64,000 nucleotides of DNA, from contig NC_079166.1 in NCBI RefSeq assembly GCF_947568905.1, positions 13,578,001 to 13,642,000 of the forward strand, given 5' to 3'. The DNA comes from Ostrea edulis (Eukaryota). Positions 12,801 through 26,119 of the stretch are shown piece after piece. The notes beneath the pieces are model-generated. The model was given only the letters and a program-made list of their open reading frames with translations, was not told where the DNA came from and did no database searches. Positions within the stretch are counted from its first letter, which is position 1, and each line of letters begins with the position of its first letter. Made by a program: the position numbers and the translations under genes.

Positions 12801-14271
12801 ACAGGTCAGACAATTTGTCTGGACCTGACCTATTTACATTTTTAGAATCTAAGGGTTAAGGATCATAATCTCTTTCCTCTCAAGAGAACTCCTACACCTG
12901 ACCCCATTTGTATATTTCTATCCTCTCTCCTCTATTTCCTGTCCATGTGGCCAGCATCATTTGGTCATTTTACAGTTCGCTCTGCAGGTCCTAGGTGAAG
13001 CAGTTAAGCACTGTCTACTAGAGAATTGGCAATAAACATTGATTATCCATATGTGACCTGGGTATAGGCCCCTGACAGTCTGGCAGAATTGTATATGTAC
13101 TGACAATTTATTGGGGTAGTTATCTGGTGTCAGGAGTTTATGTTTGCACGTGGCTGTGTAATGGGGAATGTCAGAGAGTCCAGGGAAAACAAGAGGAGCT
13201 CCCCATTACATAGTCGGCCTGTTTCAGTAGCCACTGATTGCTTACTGATAGAATTGGCAACTAGAAATCAATAGAGTAGTCAGAAATATAATTTACAGGA
13301 GAACTTGAGATCGGCCCAGAGTGCTATATTGTTCTACAATAGCATTGCTTGAATAAAACACTTTATAAATGTTACTGCAATAAAGTTCACAAATATTCAT
13401 GAGCTTCTGCACTATGATAAAAACAAAGATATCCTCTACTTCAGTAGCATTGATCACTGCTTGAAGAATGAACTGACAAGGTGTTTAAATTTTATGGAAG
13501 TTGTGGTTGGGAATCTGGGGTTGATCAGGGTCAATTGAGTGTTTGTTCTTGCACTTTTCACAGTGAATGAAGATAGCTGTGACAAAGACGAGTTTGATGG
13601 CAGCGATAGCGATGAATCCGAGGTGGAGGAAATTCAGCAAAGTTGTCAGCGAAAGAACAAGAGGAAGCAGGCGGACCCACACATCAGTCCTTTCCTTGAT
13701 CTCAGTTACTGGAAGAAGTAGGCATTTTACTACAATTGATCAATTTCTAATGTTTTGGAATTGGGTGTATGCATGTTTTGAATAAATGATATATTCAGTG
13801 AACCAGAATAAATCTAACAAAAAAGATGGGAAGCATAGATATGTTTTCATGAATAATTAAAGATAAGGAAAACATTTAATGCAGATGTGGTTTCACATCT
13901 TGCTTATATATTGTGTTTTATGATTTTGTAGGACAGAGGTCTGCTGTGGTATAATATTTAAGGGCATGCATGGAGAGGTTCTAGTAGATCCCCAGTTACT
14001 GCATCCCTGCTACACCTGTCACAAGAGAGGAAACGAACGAGGAGGGGAGAGGAGACGAGGAGGGGAGATCCGGCGCAGCCAGTCCACTGATGACACAGAG
14101 AGCAACTCCAGCACAAACAGCTACGGGGAAACAGAATTCCTGGACGCATCCAGTGTGGAAAACGATATGGACAGTATCCCGTCACTGGAAAACAGTGCTG
14201 CTATCTCTCTAGCAGAGTTCAAGTGTTCAGACTCCTTCTCACAACCACCCCCGTTGGCAATGGAGTGTTGA
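6894..14271 (+). CDS. SINHCAF: SIN3-HDAC complex-associated factor (FAM60A), complete, 289 aa
   Basis: Exons 6894-7121, 9979-10126, 13564-13717 and 13932-14271 total 870 nt in frame, all GT/AG. Translation MFSFHKPKIYRSINGCCICRAKSSSSRFTDSKRY...CNACVLLVKRWKKLP...VVDARAGP...FLDLSYWKKTEVCCGIIFKGMHGEVLVD matches FAM60A. A probable 5'UTR donor is at 5835 and acceptor at 6880. Confidence 0.96.
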
Positions 14272-17200
14272 CTGCACTAAAACTAAAGAAAAAGTGGGGG
14301 ACTGTATACTGTCTGCAGATTTTTTTTTTTTGATTATTTTTTTGTTTTTGGATGTTTTCTGCAGAATATTATCTATCCATGGTGGATTATTATCTTGCCA
14401 AGATGTGCAGCAAAACTGATTTGAAATATATCGGGGTTTTGAAGTGGGAGAATCTTGATTATGAAATCAATGCGTGTTGTGAAAATGGAATTTAATTTAA
14501 AATATGTGCAAAACCTGTGTGACTGGTGTGTGAAAAAACAGTAAAGGATGGTTTTGCTTGTTTTTTCTGTGAGATTTTAAGGAGAAAGAGATCTGTTTTT
14601 AAAAGAAGAACAAACAAACAAACAAAAAAACCAAAAAAAAAATGTAAAACTGGAAAACTGTGTTAAGGAGAAATTGTTATTTCCAGACCAAAAGGACTTG
14701 GGTGGCTCTAGTCAAACATAACAGTCACAGTTCTATGCCATTGCCTTGGGAAGTCGAGCACATAACGTCAAATGACCTAGTGTGATTCTAAGGGATTTAT
14801 TACGTGGATACATGAAGCACATGATGCAGTGATTGCCTGAAAAGAAAGTTCCTGATTAACTTTTTTGCCAAAATGCTCATTATACATGTATAACATGTAT
14901 TATATATACATGCGTATAGCATATATGATATACGACTTTTTACAACCAAAGTTTACTCTGTAATATTTGATACTGATATTTTTTATTGGTACGCTTGTAC
15001 CAGGCACAATATTATTGTATCGATCATCATCAGGCATTTTTCTGTTGCTCCCATGGTAATTATGACAACACTTACTTTATGGTCATCCCACGTTTTGTGT
15101 TTCTAAAGACATTTAATGCAAGGTGCATCCTGGTCATGAAATCTGAACAAAACTTTTAGCACTTTTTATTAAGATGTGACTATCATTTTTATGATATTTT
15201 AATTTGTCAGTGTTCCAGTTCAGCACAAAATTATATATATACTGAATGTATATATATATGTAAACTGAGGAAATGAAATGTCATAAACATGATTTTGTAA
15301 TGTATATTTATTCTAATTTATGATACTGGTACTGAGATACCAGCTACATGTATATAATGTTGTACAAAGTTGTTTATGAATCATTATTTATTTGCAAAGG
15401 AGAAGTCCACACGCGATTGATTGTTTTTCTTATTGTTCATGGTTGTTCTTATCTCACATCCCATTACAATACTCAACCGATGAAAGTTTAGTTTAAAAAG
15501 AAACAAAAAAAAAACTGTACATATATATAAATCTTTGGCATTATAACTTGCCAGGTACGAATATATTTCTCTTTCAAGTTATTTTATTTCCTTCTGGGTT
15601 AAACCACAAACAACTCTTCGCCTTATTTCTTATTATCTTAACAGGAATAGTCTTATGTGAGCAAATCTTCCCTGGATATTTTGTCCAGGAAGAGATGGTT
15701 GTTGAAAGGAATTATTTCATTGGAGGATGTCTCATGGGGAAGTTAAGATGTAAGCGAAAAAGAAAAATGCTCGGTTTTATTTTCTAATATAATGCAGTTA
15801 ACTCATTTGTCATTTTCGTCACTTCATTTATTTAAAAAAATAAATATAGCAAGGCATTATGCACTGATTAACTGGTGCTGTGATTTAGTCATGATTCTGA
15901 TTTTGACATTAAGAGATACTCAAGTGACCACCATTAACACCCTTAGGTAAAATAAGATTGGGGGTTTAACTTTTTGTTTTTATTTTGTTGAAATATGTAC
16001 AGATGCATATCACATACTTTTCTGGTACTTGTAGAGTGTTGTAATGATGGATTTGAGTGTCAATTCCTGTGATTAGATTGACCGGTGTAAATATGTGGCC
16101 AGAAAGCATATGCCCAGTGGCAATATCTCCATACTTAGAATTTTGGGAAGCAAGTTGGGTTTTTTTTAAATTGTATAGGGAAAAAGTGGAAAATGAAACT
16201 GGGCAAATGATTTCAAGAAAATGATATAAATATATATTACATGTAGTGTCTGTTGTAACACACCCGTTACATAATTTACTTTTAATATATATGAAGGAAA
16301 TGATACCTTTGTTTAGATGAAAATGACCTGTTAAAAAAGAAAATCCTGAACAACATTACGCACTAAGAGGGTAGAGTTTATTGTTAAATTTTAGTGGTCG
16401 CTGGGTACAGATATATGATCAAAGCGATTTGAATGTTCCACTATGACAGATGTTTATAGAAACAGATATATTGTAATGTAAATAGTTTCAATGCATGTCT
16501 TTCTTGAAAAAGTCTTACCTCTAGAAAGTATAGCCTATTGTTGTCTTGTGTTGACATGTGGGAGGAGGATCCAAATATTCCTTGACAAAAAGTCAGACAA
16601 ATTTTCCTAACTTGTTAATTTTCTACATAGGCGAATTTTGGGTCCTTCTCTGGTAACTTTTTTCCAATGTTTTCGAGCTGTTCCGTGTTCATTACAGTCA
16701 GATGAGTAGAATTATTGACCTACAGGAAGTGTAATGTCTGTTTATTGTGTCAGTGGTCTGTATTTTTTATTGCCTAAATGTTGTACTTGCATAAACTTTT
16801 GTGTCACTTAAAAAAGACTGTGAAGTACTAGAAATGCAAACAGGTGTTAACACATAGAAAGCTACTTAGACCTGCTTTTCACACCTATGTGATTCGTGTG
16901 GGTGGGATTTGCTTTATTTTCCTTTGATTTAATCAGGGATTTTTTTTCTCAGGGTAACCCCTCCCCCCACCCCAGTAACTGTTTCAGTTGCAGCATCACA
17001 GTGTCCCCACACAATTTGTATTATTATTTATTTAAGTGTAGAATAGTATTTCTATTCCTCTTTTATACTGAGAAAGAAGCAAATGTTGCCAACAATTTAT
17101 ATTTATACTTTTTAAATCAATTTAAAATGAAAAAAAATATATCATTTAGTTGCTAAAGCAGCGTTCTACCATTGCTGTATGTGACAATGTTGCTAATGTA

Positions 17201-20200
17201 TATTTGTGAGTAGCATTTAATGCAGTGTGTAGAAGACTCATCCCCCATCATATGTTGAGATGTTTTTATCAAGGTCAAACCTGTTCCAGTCAAGGACACT
17301 GCCACATGGAACGCAAGCCATTGAAAACCTCAACATTTTTTTATAGACAGTATAAATGTTCTCCAGAAATACATTGACTGATCTCAATTTTTATATATTG
17401 TGTATGCATGACTACAAGTATACTGAATGCTTTTTGACATGTAAACATGAGTATTGTACCCATTGAGGGCCAGTAAGGAACACGTAACAATAATCTGTCC
17501 AGAATATGTTCATAATAATTTTTTCCTTTTTATAAATAAATTGCATGTGATGATTTGCTTTTTTGTAGTGTAAAGGTTTGTGTTTGATTTTTTTTCCAAA
17601 GTCGCTCAAATATTCGCTGTTGGCAGAAATACACTGACTGTCCTTCATTTGGTAAAAACAAACATACATACACAAGGAGTTTACAATACCTTTTTTTTTC
17701 TTTGAAATTGTCTACCTCAGATATCCAGAACAAGATATAACATAAGAATGGTCGATACTGTGTTGACAGGACTGTCCTCGTTTTATGTTGATCTGGTTAA
17801 TCGTATTCTGTCCTGCAGTAGGGAAGATGAAGGGAAGGAAACATTTTGTATTCATAACCTGGCGGACGGTCGTTTTTTTGGTGTACCTGTGTTTTTTTTA
17901 GTACGTGTGTTTTATTTGTCTTCCACAGTAATAGTGAAAAACCGTCGCCGACATCGAATTTCGTTATTCTCATTTTTCGAATTCCTCAAGTTCAGGGTTT
18001 TGAACTAATTCCATTTACACATTTTCTACGTGGCCTTGTTTCCGCAATAATAGAAACTAGGACACTTAGTCAAGCATTGTAATAAATGAACAATTCCGAG
18101 CAAAAATATAGAACTTGTCAAAATGTTTCCCTTCACTGTCCATGTGTAATGCTGACCATTGGACAGATAGCTACCAAACACCAGTATAAGATAGATGACA
18201 TTCCGAAGTGACCAGTGTGACGGAATATTTCTGTATGTCTTCTCATATGTACATTTCATTATTAAAGCATTGTATTGAAAAATATCAGTTCTTCCTTGTT
18301 ATAATTTCTGAATGATGAGTCAGCATGGTGGGTCAACAGATCAAGAGAGTCTGGAAAAATTAGGTCACACAGCCGTATGCTGAGTGTGCAGATACCGGGC
18401 TGCCGCCGGGCACCCGTCCTGTGAAACGTATCGTAGATGAACCACATGTTTTGTAGTTCGGCATTGTTTCTAACACGAATGCGTATCTGGCGTTAAATGT
18501 TTGTTGATTGTCTCGGGTATCGGGAACACATCTATATGTATTGAATATCGCCTACTTTGTAGTATGCTTAGTGGAGTACGGAACCCATTTACAAATTAGA
18601 CGTGACCCAGATTCTGTACTTTATCGTGAAGAGGGTTCTAGTCTTAAGTGTTCCAAATGTTTTTGTTAGATTGCATGAATGGGGTTCTATCACATATCGC
18701 ATTAATTATTCTTCACGGCATGCTATTCATGCCCTTGTACGACTACAAATCCTGCATCGGACGATATCGTGATCCCACTTAATTAACTTAATTGTTATCA
18801 ATGTACATCGCCTTGTGGCTGTGCTTCTAGCTCCTCTCTCAAGGTCGTGTTTTTTCTACTGAAGGCTTCGGACTGATTGCTTTCTAGGATAATCTGCCGA
18901 GGTGCAGCATGTGAGCAGTACATTCTCTTGGACGTCAAACTGCAAGCTGGCACCCGGACACTTCTGTAAGAAACGACGCACACAACCAATAAATTAAACA
19001 CGCAATGCGGTTTTTTGATACGGGAAACGCATTGGCCCCAGGAGGAAGTTTGCCGCGTTGTGACGTCATGTGATAGAGGATGCTGCAAAGGGATGCAAAA
19101 TTATGTTACATATGTTATCTGAACTATGATGTTCCTTAAACACTCGCATTACAAACGAAATAATAGATCAAATTTCTTTTGTACTCAGACCGTGAGAACC
19201 CGTCACATATGTACTCTCGAACTATTTTTTTAAAAAACCGATCGAGATGGGCTTGTCTTTTCTGGGACTGTGGGTTAAGGTCATTGTATGAGACTGGGCA
19301 TGTTTTACATTCTTTAAATAACTTGCCTTTTGCGCGAGCGATTAGACAAGTATGTGGCTGTACACCGTGTACACAGCGTATGCCTGACTCCAGAGTTACG
19401 GTAAACATCGCTGACGCAATCGTCAGGATCAGGACGCCTACGAGAGTCGAAAACAGACACCGTCTGGATCAATAAAGTATTAAAACGACTACAGTGTGTA
19501 ATATTTCTACGGTGTATTTCTCGGTAATATTTTTTTTTTAACTGCAGGAGTGTTCTGTGCATGATTGGATATGTGGGCCACACATTAACATACAAGCACG
19601 CCGTCAATGAATGAACCATTAGAATTTACGGAGCACCGTACAAACCCTGCACGTCTTCACTCTTCAAGTGCTCTTGCGCGTGATAGCATCCTCTCCCTCG
19701 ATAGACAGATTGCATTTAACAGTACATATCTAATCGTTACTGCTAAAATCCAGCATATTCATAATTCATCGTGGTACCAGAAAGATGTAAGATTTTGATA
19801 GAAAGAGGAAGCTGTTTTTTAAAAGAAAACTTTAATTAAAGTCTTCCAGTTTTATAAGTTATTCATTTTAATAATAAAAGTTTACATTTTTAAAGATTGA
19901 TTTATATTTATACGAGGATATGTTACATAACTGTTATTGTACATACATTGGGTGCTATTGAACTTCAATTGTTGTGTAGTTAAATACGATATAAAACTGA
20001 CCCTTACTACCGGCACGGGAAGAGATAACCGAATATTTAGCCATCTATATAATACTTAATCTGGCCAGTTACGTCAGCTTATGTCACAATTATGGCAACT
20101 TATGTAACAGTAAATCCGGATCATATGGCAATTAAAGTCCTTTGTTGACGAATAAGTTCGCTATAAACAACAGATTAAATGTAAAGGGAAATTCTGGGAT

Positions 20201-21142
20201 GATACCCAAAATAACGATTGTTAACCGATAACATCTTAAGCTTCGACAATCTGTCTTTTGTCGGTGAAGCTGTTTAATAAATTATTAATGAAGGGAATCT
20301 GAGGGTCATTATGATTGATCGAAAGTTAGTTAAGATTCTTATTTGTGGTAGGCGTGATCCCATTAGTGAATTTGGCTAATTGTTCGTCAAAACCAACATC
20401 GAATGGCTGTATTGGCTATTAATCCGTCGCTTGCTAAATGACCATTGTGGCCACTGATAGGACTCGTTTTATATTGTCTGTGACATATCGTTAATGATGG
20501 GAGGACGGATTGATTTTCCGGACAATGCATCCATTGCATACCCGCACGCGACTGTTGGACCCCTGCGCGCGCCTTCCTGATAACTTATCAATCCGGTGCC
20601 ACGTGTTGTTTCTTCGTGAATGTACGCCTGATGGTCAGAATTATAAATATTGATGCGGGTGATTACATTGTTGAGAGCTCGTATTCTCCGGTATGGGATT
20701 TCCCTTTTGATAATATGAACATACGTTAATTAGGACTTGAAAATGAGGTCATTGTGACCATATGCACGTGCATACTACAAATAGCAAAACCGCAGTTGAT
20801 ACCCACAAAGATTAACGTTGTACACAGACATAATGTAATTTAGCTATAATGGAGTATATCATTTCCCCAGTACAACCAAGTCACATCAAAAGATGTAAAA
20901 ACATTCATTTTAAAATCACCTTATTCGTTTTTGTTCCGACCATAGTTAGAGGCGGGTCGTCACCTTTTTTGTTAAAAACAATGGGGGGGGGGGGGTTCAA
21001 TTTAATAAATTCCATATACATTGTGTTTATATTTTGCAATAAATAGGTTTTTATGTACAATAGAAAGGTCGGTATTTTTTGTAACTTTGAAAGAGATCAG
21101 GTTTATTAGCGGCAAAACATTGGTAAAATCAATGTAAATATA

Positions 21143-21301
21143 GTCTGACAATACATATACAGGAACAATATATACATACATTGCTACTATCAGTTGTCTG
21201 ACAATACATATACTGGAACAATATATACATACATTGCTACTATCAGTTTTCTGACAATACATATACTGGAACAATATATACATACATTGCTACTATCAGT
21301 T
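21143..21301. repeat. 53-bp minisatellite, 3 copies
   Basis: Units start at 21143, 21196 and 21249 and are near-identical. Confidence 0.95.
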
Positions 21302-21381
21302 CTATTTAATATCATGGGTTTACTATAGTTCCGATAACATCGTGTCCCTTCGCTTAATCGAGCGTGCAAACTTCTCATAGA

Positions 21382-21401
21382 TAACGTCCCTCTCGAGAAT
21401 A

Positions 21402-21447
<46 letters not shown>

Positions 21448-21627
21448 ATTTAGGCCTATGCTCGGCGCTTACGGCCTTTGAGCAGGGAGGGATAATTATC
21501 GTGCCACACCTGCTGTGACACGGGACCTCGGTTTTTGCGGTCTTATCCGAAGGACCGCCGCATTTAGTCGCCTTCTACGACAAGCAAGGGGTACTGAGGA
21601 CCTATTCTAACCCAATTCCCCACGGGA
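21382..21627 (-). mobile_element. 5'-truncated SINE (V-domain/RUDI-like by recall)
   Basis: Reverse-complement homolog of 30282-30532; core CTTGCTTGTCGTA-GA-G-CGACTAAA, 3' end GTCTCCATATGAGTGAAA. Confidence 0.75.
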
Positions 21628-24600
21628 GATTTCAATGAAACGGGTTTTACTGGTGTTCTCGGTGACCAATCACATGAAATGAATGGTAAATGACGTAGTC
21701 ATCCAAACCTACTCTTACTTAGATACAGTAATTTAAAGTGTTTGCATGCTCGATCAATGATCGATTGTCCCTTCGTCAAACGCTCGGCATTTAGAACTGA
21801 GAACCACGGGTCTTTCGGATATAACCTTAAAAAAACAACAACGGAGATCTATATACCTTGTCGCGATACGTTAAAGAATTCCCACTGAGCACTACGGCCA
21901 TAAGCGCTAAGCATAGGTGGCACTTCACCTACAGAGTGACGTCTCAAGATGAAATTAAATCTTCTCGACGGAACGTAAAACAAAACAGCGTGTATCAGAC
22001 AGTAGAACAGTGCAGGAGTAGTACACATTTAGCAGCAGTTTTCGTAATTTTATCAACGACAGAATTAAAATGAATGCATATTTCTTAGCGAGGCACGTGG
22101 ATTTATGTTAAATTATGCGAAAGCCATTCGGGGGTTTCGCCCACCTCCCCCCATAACCCACTATGCAGGTAACGCAGATCTTAGCCAGGTGAAACGCAAA
22201 ACCCCAGCTGGCTTCGCCACTGCATTGAAATCACGTGTCACGTTTTCAGCTGGAGAACTGTAGCTCTGGCAAATCATTATGACAGACCTTTTTATCTACG
22301 ATATTGTACAGTGTCCATATACTGTACATATTATATGATTCCTTGAGCAAAACAAAAACATCAGTCCAAAAAAAATAAATCACGGGAGCACCCCCCTCCC
22401 CCGATGCCCATCGGGTGATGTTGCCCAGGACCTACTGTGGGTCCCAATAGAAGTATCCCCAAATTCCCCTACCTTATTTTCCTTCACCCCCTCCCCTGCA
22501 CGTTGAGTTCGCTTGGTGTACACGCGTGACATTTATAATTGTCAGATGTTGTCCTTTAACGACAGTTGACATCCATCTCAAAGTATCAGAAATCCGCAAA
22601 TCAAGGAAGAGTTGGGACAATTACTTCAATGTTTCCTTCAATTTCTGCGACCGTCAATATGGTAAAGCCCACGGGGAAAATGGAGCGGAAACTCATTTGC
22701 AACTTATTGTGCTCTATTGTAATTAATCATAGAAGATATTTATATATAGATAAGATCAGCACGGTCATTCCTTCTTGTCAGCACAAGCATTCATATATTT
22801 TGAAAATGCAGAGGACCATGAAATCTGTAAGGTAACTCAGAGTGTGCAGTATAGGTACTTCATAGTTATCGACAAATACCGAATGTACATGTATCATGTT
22901 AACATATGTGTAAACTCGGCCATGACGGTCTGAAAGAGAAGACCGAAGAACTCCCGCAAAGTAGGTCAGGCAGACACAGATGTAAAAATAACACCTGGTC
23001 ACAGTTCTGACAGCCTTCTCAGGTATTTGGCGACCTTCACCAAACATCTCCTCTAGAATGGGGCCCTACACCTACACCCACACCCCGAGGACTGCAACGA
23101 GAGGAACAAACATCTCACCCACACGCCTTCGGCACAATCCACGGATTGTTCACGACACAGATCAATGGAATACGAAGGTCGCAGAGGGCCCAACCCAGCG
23201 GCCATATTGCTCATCATAGCGTACACAAGCAAAATAAAACATATTTTACATACCATTCAACGGAGAACAAACTCCATGTGATTACAATTAAATGTGAAAT
23301 GGTGGTTAAGACTTGTCAAGTCATTTTTTGTTTGGTGTTGTCTTAAGAATTATATGGCTTAATATGAATGAATGATTTATGGAAGAAAGTACCACTTACC
23401 TTCTTAATTGGTGTAAACCTCAATAACACAAAAAAAACAAAAACAGGAACAGGTCCTTGTTTGTTCTATTCAATAATATAATAGCATGCAGTCCTGATGA
23501 ATATGAAAGTTACAAAATATAAATAAAACTACCCCCCACCCCCAATATATAACTGTCATGTTAGGTGGAAATATTGGTACCGAGCATTGCTTCGAACGCA
23601 AACATTTCAAAGTCTGCTGGTCATTTGATGTGACTATCACAGGGAGGCCATCTCTTTCTGAAAGTTTGCGAGCTAATCACCTCTTCCTCCCACTCGGGGG
23701 AAATTGTCCATCAGTAACTGTAAGTGACTCAAAAGCAATGGTGACTCCGCGACCTTTCCAAGTAGACTTTCCAGCAATCAGTATCAGATGTTTTTCAAGA
23801 TCGACGGCCAGTTTAAGTGCCCTTCAATCCTACAATCTCAACTTCCTTCCTGCCTTATTCTCTACTTCTAAGAGTCATGTGACAAAACAATGGGTGCTTA
23901 AGTGCCAATTGGTTCATTCCAAACAGACACCAAAATATACAATATATTCTGCATATTTTGCAACGACAAACGGGGTAGACTGTCTCCGTGCACCGACGGT
24001 CGTGTTCATCGCCACACTAGGTGCTAGACTGTCTCCCACTTTTAATCCATATGTCGCACATTTCATTGTATTGGGGAAGATGAGCACAATCGACACATAA
24101 TAAACAGGTACAGGTGAAAATTAAATTTGAATTATAGAAGCATACATAAAAATGAGAGAGAGAGAACATTGAAACTAGGTACTGTATTTCTCACCCTTCA
24201 AAGTACAAGTTCATGACACACTTTTAAGAGTACGTTATGGTTGCTCAAGATTTGTGGAACATATCCAGGTGGGAAGAATTTATTCTATTTATGAAAGAAT
24301 TGTATCTGAAAATCATAGATAAATTTCGTATGATTTCAAACAAAAACAAGAAATAGAAAAAACTAACAATTAAAATCCAAAAACACAACAAAAACACAAG
24401 TCTTAAAATTCCTTTCAAGATCCACTCCCTGAACATTGAAATCCGCCGTGTCTTTACAGTGGATATTGATGTGCTGAGTGCGTGGACTGGGGATGTTCAT
24501 GTCCTGAAGAAGGATCTATGGTATTTTTCAGAAAAGAAGTTGAAATATCTTTTTCATTGTATTTTCTATTCGCGAATCAGTTTACATCACGGATAAATTA

Positions 24601-25758
24601 AAGTATTTAAGCTGTTAAGTTATGTAAGTATTTATACGTGTACTTAGAAAAAGAGGCTTATAGTGACACCATAGATCAAAATATCGTTTTCCAAAAATCT
24701 AGGTATAAACACGTTAGATAATCTCAAATTTAACCCTCGGATTTGTTTTAATATATAAAGATATGTACTCTAGTATTTGAAACAGATATATAGGTTTTCC
24801 AGTTCAAATAGGTTAACTTTGATTTAATCTGGCCACAAGACCTGCATGCTTTTCTCCTAGATTATGAGATATTTGCAAACGTTATATATAGATATAGTTT
24901 ATTCACCAATCAAGGGCCCTCGGGGGGGGGGGGGGGGGGGGGGCATGTACATGTTAACAGGCAATTAATTATAACAATGAAAATAAATAACAATCATTTA
25001 GAAGTACTACCGCCGGTAGTATCCGGTAATAGAAGTACTACTGGTAATACTGACAGAGTTCACACTTGTGCACTGCACCTATCTATAATTATATATGAAA
25101 TACTGATTACAGACAAGATTTAAATTAACAACATGATAAATAAAGTAACCCAACTGCTTCACACATCAGTTTCTGGGATAGCAGATAATGATAGTGTCGT
25201 GTGAATACTTATATAAAAGAGAATAATAGCATTATATGAAAGAATAATAATAAAAAAAAAATATCCTTAAAATGCACATCAGTATAAAAATATCATCCAC
25301 CATTTTTTTTATTTTTTTTTTATTTTTACGTGAAAGCATTTGATAAACCACGCATCTATTCAATATCGATATTGATTAACTAATATCTCACCCCTACTGA
25401 AAATTGTTAAGAGATTTTTTTATACAACCACATCAACAAATTTTTGAACGTTTAAAGATTGAAATCGAACCCCCATACATTATTCAACAACTCTATATAA
25501 AGTACAGTCATGTGACCCTAATTTGAATGATGGAAGCACACTATGGCGGTGATTGATATGCCAGAATTCCTTTGCCATAAAATGTGTCATTCTGTTCTCA
25601 CATGTAAATAAATGTACAATGAATGTAATGACATTGTAGTATTCTATGACTGAGCCGGAAATCGAACCCGAGACCCCTACATTACGTAGAAGCTTCTCTG
25701 ATTAATCGATTATCATTTTTCACCCGATTCCCAGCACTTCCTTTCTGGGATTTGTAAG

Positions 25759-25908
25759 GTGAAGATAACGAACAGTGATCAATCTCATAACTCCTACAAG
25801 CAATACAAAATAGATAGTTGGGCAAACACGGACCCCTGGACACACCAGAGGTGGGATCAGGTGCCTAGGAGGAGTAAGCATCCCCTGTTGACCGGTCACA
25901 CCCGCCGT
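25759..25908 (-). mobile_element. 3' end of a Penelope-like retroelement
   Basis: Same family as 39058-39316, 45882-46113, 56300-56532, 62708-62805 and 63577-63710. Confidence 0.65.
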
Positions 25909-26119
25909 GAAATAGAAAGACCTGTTATCCACCAAAAGAATAATGGAAAAACCCACTCTAGATGCTGTCACAAGGGAGTACCCGCACGAAAGTGTTTGCC
26001 TTTAAATACACTCCGTCATACCTGTGTAACTAGGAAAGAAGCCACAATAGCTACCACATAACATACCCTATACCCTATATATTCTGGCTGTATATAGTAA
26101 AATGCAATGAGTATTCTGT

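Noticed and set aside
12802-12827. Short hairpin CAGGTCAGACAA-T-TTGTCTGGACCTG in a SINHCAF intron
   Set aside because: Too short for a pre-miRNA and no other supporting feature.
14272-17600. Pumilio-type TGTANATA and AU-rich motifs in the presumed SINHCAF 3'UTR
   Set aside because: Expected by chance at this AT content; the UTR end is not defined.
18026-18259. ORF with a GnRH-like QHYTW after a hydrophobic stretch
   Set aside because: No amidation or dibasic cleavage signal; composition is explained by AT-rich sequence.
18312-18393. Possible C/D snoRNA (ATGATGA ... CTGA)
   Set aside because: No terminal stem, no guide complementarity I could recognise, and no evident host intron.
22120-22225. 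GC-rich structured segment, considered as an snRNA
   Set aside because: No match to U1, U2 or U6 as I recall them. It ends in CTTCGCCACTG, like a MITE terminus.
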